Shown here: positions 59,161-64,000 of the stretch, piece after piece
How positions within the stretch are numbered: the stretch's first letter is position 1
How the letters are laid out: each line of letters starts with the position of its first letter
NCBI RefSeq assembly: GCF_009914755.1
Contig: NC_060937.1
Length of the DNA: 64,000 nucleotides
Source of the DNA: the human T2T-CHM13v2.0 reference genome, Homo sapiens
Direction: 5' to 3' (one strand)
Made by a program: the position numbers and the translations under genes
Notes under the pieces: generated by a model
Database searches by the model: none
What the model saw: only the letters and a program-made list of their open reading frames with translations
What the model was told of the DNA's origin: nothing

Positions 59161-60380
59161 CTATGTCTCCAGCTTTGTATATTTTTATGTTATCAAAAAT
59201 TTGTCTTCTTATGGATTTATATTTGGAATGAAGTCATTTCAATTATAGTTCTTTAACATTGAAAGCTTAAATGAATGAAAAAAGAACAATGATAATAACT
59301 TGAGTTTATTGACTACTTGCTATGTCAGGCACTTTCTGTCTTGCATATGCTTTGCATATAATTGCTCAAATATTCTTCTCCACAAGAGAAATACTTTAGT
59401 ATTTTATCCCCATTATATTGATAAATATCTATTAGATCTGGGAGAAAATGAAAATCAGAATTTAAAAGCATTGTGTCTGGTGTGTTTTTACTATAGGTTG
59501 CAAATTTTTATTTTTATTTAGTGGACAGTCTTCCACTCCCTGGCTTGGACTACCATGGTATCTTACCCTCAAGGCTGAACAGGAGCACTGACCTAATAAA
59601 AATATTCTCAGGATCCATAAAATAAGAAGTGTGCGTGTGGCATAGGGAAAGAACTGGTGTTATTTTAATGGTAGAAGATTGCCACATTGCTTAATACACT
59701 TTGTGTAATTATTTTAACTAGGCAGCAATTAACCTGCTCAGCAGAAATTTTATGTACGTATTATGAAGGGAACAAGTAGTTTCTTTTGGATTAAAGACCC
59801 AAGTGATGAAATTCAAGATGCTACAGGCCCACTAAATCTGAAATCCATTGAATTAGATACCTAGGTTATTATCTCCTAGGTACCTATTATCTCCTAGGTA
59901 TCATCACATATTACCTATGTGTCAATATTACACCCAGCTGGAAGACATTTCCCACTTTCACGTATTTTCCCACTAACATATTTTTCTTTCTAGTTCTTAG
60001 GAGCGAGTGTGTGTGTATGTGTGTATGGTAGGAATAGGGCAAAATTAAACATTTTTGTTTTTCTAAATAATGATACTAACTACAAGTGCTCACTGTTTCA
60101 TTCCTACCTGAGGTCGCTGTTTTACAGAAATAAATGTTTCCTTTGTCACCCTTATTTATGTCCTCCTGTTAGTCTGACCCTGTATTCGAAGGGGTAACTG
60201 CTGATGGAAATACGAATGAGATGATGCAAAGATCCCATTACCTAGGATTTGTAATTAGAGTTTCAAATCCCTGGTAGTAGTGGTGGTAGATCCTTTGTGG
60301 AAAATAAACTTGCCTTCTATAAAATGAGTGAGGTGGTGAGAGACAGTTGCCAAAAATCACAGTCCCTATATGTATTTTTA

Positions 60381-60660
<280 letters not shown>

Positions 60661-61289
60661 TAAATGACAAAATTAAGGTGCACATTTACATAAAGCTCCT
60701 TTGACAAAGATGCCAACTGCAAATTGCTCATCTCAGCTGTCCATTTACAGGATTCTGATTTTCTTTAGAATAAACTGCAAAAACTCTTTTTGGGGTGAAT
60801 CAAGCATATTCTTCCTGAATAGCTCATTCTGAGAATATAGACATCAGTGGAGATGCAAACCTGTTATAGGACCTTGTAAAGTTTCTGTCAAAATTCTGGA
60901 AGCCTCATTTTAAGGATAAAAGACAAAACCAGCATTGCCAGTCACCAGTTATTAATAAAAACCCTCTGTTGATACATCCTATACTCTCTAATTGTGGCAT
61001 AAAGGATCCCTGGGGCATATATTGACTTTGATCAGTAGCAGACTAATTTTCTCTCTTAAATTTTTTTTTCAATAGACCAAAATCAAAAGAATCAATTTAA
61101 TTTTCAGTAAAAGTGTTCTCCCAAGGTCACTTATTTGTATGAAATAAGTAAAGGAAATGCAAAAACGTTCAATTTCTCTTTAATCCCCTGAATTATACAA
61201 CATTTAGATTGGTTAATATTACAGTAGATCTTTGAGACAGAAGCTGGGCTAGCTAGCAGAAGCCAAGAATCCTCAGAGACTCAAATCCT

Positions 61290-61757
61290 TGCGGGGAGCG
61301 TGGCAGGGACTGCCAGTCTTTCCTTTGTATCTCTTTTCCCTGTTTTACAAAGAGAATCTGTATGGGGCCACTAGGCTACCAAGAAAAAAGGCCAGTTCTT
61401 GCCCTTTTTTTGAAGCTGAGCTTGACCATGTAACTACATACAGGACTATAGGATGCAAGCAGAAACCCTCTTTTCCTGTATTTCCTTCTTCTTCCTGCTC
61501 TCTGGGATATGGATGTGAGGGTTAGAGCTACAGCAGCCATGCTAGTCTACAAGGTGACTGTGGTAATGGGGGCTGTGCAAAGTGGAACAGGAAGGAAGGT
61601 GTCTGGATCCGTGGCAACACAGACAACCATACCATGCTGAATGAGCACCTCCAACTTTATATGAGAGAGAATGGGATTCCTCATCGCATACGTCACCTAA
61701 GCAACTTATTTTGGGCTTTTTTGTCCCTTGCAACTGAATGTAACTTAACTAGTATAC
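61290..61757 (+). mobile_element. Old ERVL LTR (LTR16/LTR33-like)
   Basis: gaagctgagcttgaccatgtaacta...cagcagccat...gaacaggaaggaagg...tatgagagagaat...ttgggcttttttgtcccttgcaactgaa. Confidence 0.55.
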
Positions 61758-61779
61758 GTGGTTTCTGTTAGAATGTCCA

Positions 61780-61945
61780 TTAATTTTTTTTTTCATTTTA
61801 CTGATGTAATTTTCCTTTCTCATTCTATAATTAAATATTTTACTATTAAAGGCTTAGAAAATGAGGATGAGTTGCAAAAGAAACAGCTTAAACCCATTCC
61901 CCAGAGACACCACCACTAACATTTTACAGTTAACATTCCAGGTAT

Positions 61946-61984
<39 letters not shown>

Positions 61985-62385
61985 GCATCCCACAGACAAA
62001 CATAGGATCTTTTTTTGTACTAATATGTCATCAGCATATCTTCATATCAATAAAGTTCAATTCTTATTTTAATGGTTTGCATTTATTCCAATTTCATAAT
62101 TTATAATCGATAACTTATTGCTAGAGACTAAGATTGTTTCCATTTTTAAAAAATTGCCATAATGCCTCATAAACATCCTCAAACATATGCCCTTGGCTAC
62201 TGCCCCCAATTTTTCTTAGGATACATTTCTAAAAGCGGACTTTCTTGGTCAGATAGTATGTATGTTTTACTTTTGGATACATATTGCCAAACGGTTTTCT
62301 GGAAAAGATGTTTTAATTCATACTCTTGGCAACAATGTATGCGAATGTCCCTTTCAGCCAGCAATAAATACTGTCTTTTTTAAGA
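61780..62385 (-). mobile_element. L1ME-type 3' fragment containing a (CA)n repeat
   Basis: cccagagacaccaccactaacatttt, gattgtttccatttt, ttggatacatattgccaaa and gcaacaatgtatgcgaatgtcc. Confidence 0.65.
61949..61982. repeat. (AC)17 microsatellite
   Basis: Read directly. Confidence 0.95.
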
Positions 62386-62469
62386 AAAGAAAAGTTAACA
62401 TGAGGCCAGAACAAAGACAGCATGTTGACAGCAGGGCTTGTAATGGCTAAATTGAAAGGTGGTAGCATC

Positions 62470-62700
62470 TCATGCTGAATAAAAAGGCTCTTGCAGCTGA
62501 GCAACCTGGTTTTGAGTCCCAGTTTTACCACTAGCCAGTTATATAACATTGGGTTAGATAATTAACTTTCCAATCATTGTCATTTTTTACATGCAAAGTG
62601 GAGACATTAATAGTGCCCACTTCACAGTATTATTATGAAAATTAAATAAGACAGTTTGTAAAGCCATTAGACTAGTGCAGATCTCAATATATGGGAGTGA
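62470..62700 (+). mobile_element. MIR
   Basis: acctggttttgagtcccagttttaccactagc...taatagtgcccacttcacagtattattatgaaaattaaataaga...gtaaagc. Confidence 0.65.
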
Positions 62701-64000
62701 CTGTAAGAAGATGTTCTGAATTAGTAGAATCTCACCAATAACACAAATGAATTTCCATGGCACTCTCCTCTTAGCACAATCATTTGGAAGCGCATGGAGA
62801 TTTCAACTTTGAGAATTCTCTCAGGCCTGTCCATTTGCAACTGCTACAGTTTTATAACTGGTCGGTTGGTTTGTAAAGTAGCTAAAAATGCTTCTGGGAT
62901 TGTTCCATTATAGGCATAATATCATCATCATCAACAACATGAATAACAGGTTATCTAATGGATAGTGGTAAGAGAAAGAATCTTGGTAATGGAGAATCAC
63001 TAGCAGCTGAATTAGAATTCCAAACTCAAGACAGGCACACACACATCCACATACACAGTAATGCAGAGAAAATCTAAAATTTACTTTGCAATTTGCATGC
63101 TCTTTGGATTCTTTGAAAATTTATGGTTTTTCAAAAAATAGCTAATAGTCACTATGACAGAAAATAGTGAAAGTGGATACCTGGCTTGATTTCATTACGA
63201 AATAATATATTCAATGATGCAACCTCACAAAATTTAATTCTCATTTATGGTTTCCTATGATGATTGTACTATTCTATTATTATGGTTTCTTATTAGAAGG
63301 CACTCATTATTACACCATGCTAGAAGCACCCTTCCCTGAAATGCATTAATTGAATTGTTTTCTCACATATTTTAATGATGTATATTCATGAGGAAATAAA
63401 TGGTCTTGGAACACAGTAAACACATTTTTGCTAAAGTATTTTCTTTGAGCATTAAGTTATATGTAGCTTTCTTTTTGGAGGAGAAATTCTTTCCATTTTG
63501 GATCATGTGTCTTTTCATCCATTTTTTCTCTACTTTTTAACCCAGCACTGAACATTTATGCACAAGTTGCTTTAGGCATTGTATAACCCATATTCTAAGA
63601 ATGTTGATGGAAACCCAAAGGAGAAAAACTCAAAAGTGCCCATTCTTCCCACACCAGTTCTACCTTTATCAGTCTTCTCTGTTAATTAGGGGATATTAAT
63701 TCAGAAAACACATGTCAGCAAGAGTGCTCAATCAGAGATAATAACAGACCCAGAAATGATTGCTGTCTTTGTGCAATCAGAATATTTAATTATTTACCAA
63801 ACCTTCAATATGATCCTATTGGATTATGATTCATTTATAAAAGTTAGATATGTATTGACTGTCAGAAGCCTGCTTTCTGTCTCCTACCATTTTAACAGAA
63901 AAGTAGCCTTGTGTGGCTCTAAAATTTAGCAGTTCTTTGAGTTCTACTCAAGGCAAAGTTGGGATAAGCTCATCTCCATCATGAGCTAGTCTAGATCAGA

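Overview
Human-type genomic DNA. Two near-consensus AluYa5 copies indicate Homo sapiens. The window lies entirely inside the NALCN sodium leak channel gene, transcribed on the minus strand. Four coding exons are present, each with AG/GT boundaries: 59017-59103, 33534-33665, 12842-13009 and 4482-4673. From recalled numbering these are probably exons 10-13, encoding the domain I-II linker and domain II S1-S5 up to the start of the pore loop. The rest is intronic and rich in transposable elements: a HERV-H/F-group env remnant with an LTR19-type 3' LTR, several solo LTRs (LTR47, THE1, MER51, MER21, MLT1, LTR16/33-like), 13 Alus, L1PA/L1MA/L1ME fragments, L2/MIR, Tigger/hAT MITEs and microsatellites. 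Repeat subfamily names come from recalled consensus sequences and need RepeatMasker confirmation. No new protein-coding gene or prokaryote-style system is supported. The most unusual signals are: (i) a ~250 bp diverged copy of the 3' end of exon 12 plus its donor site, apparently inserted into an old L1 1.66 kb away; (ii) three further same-orientation spaced local duplications; (iii) an 87-nt frame-symmetric exon 10 with weak splice sites that encodes the UNC79/UNC80-docking linker; (iv) a 720 bp TG/CATG tract with higher-order periodicity and clustered UGCAUG motifs on the pre-mRNA strand.
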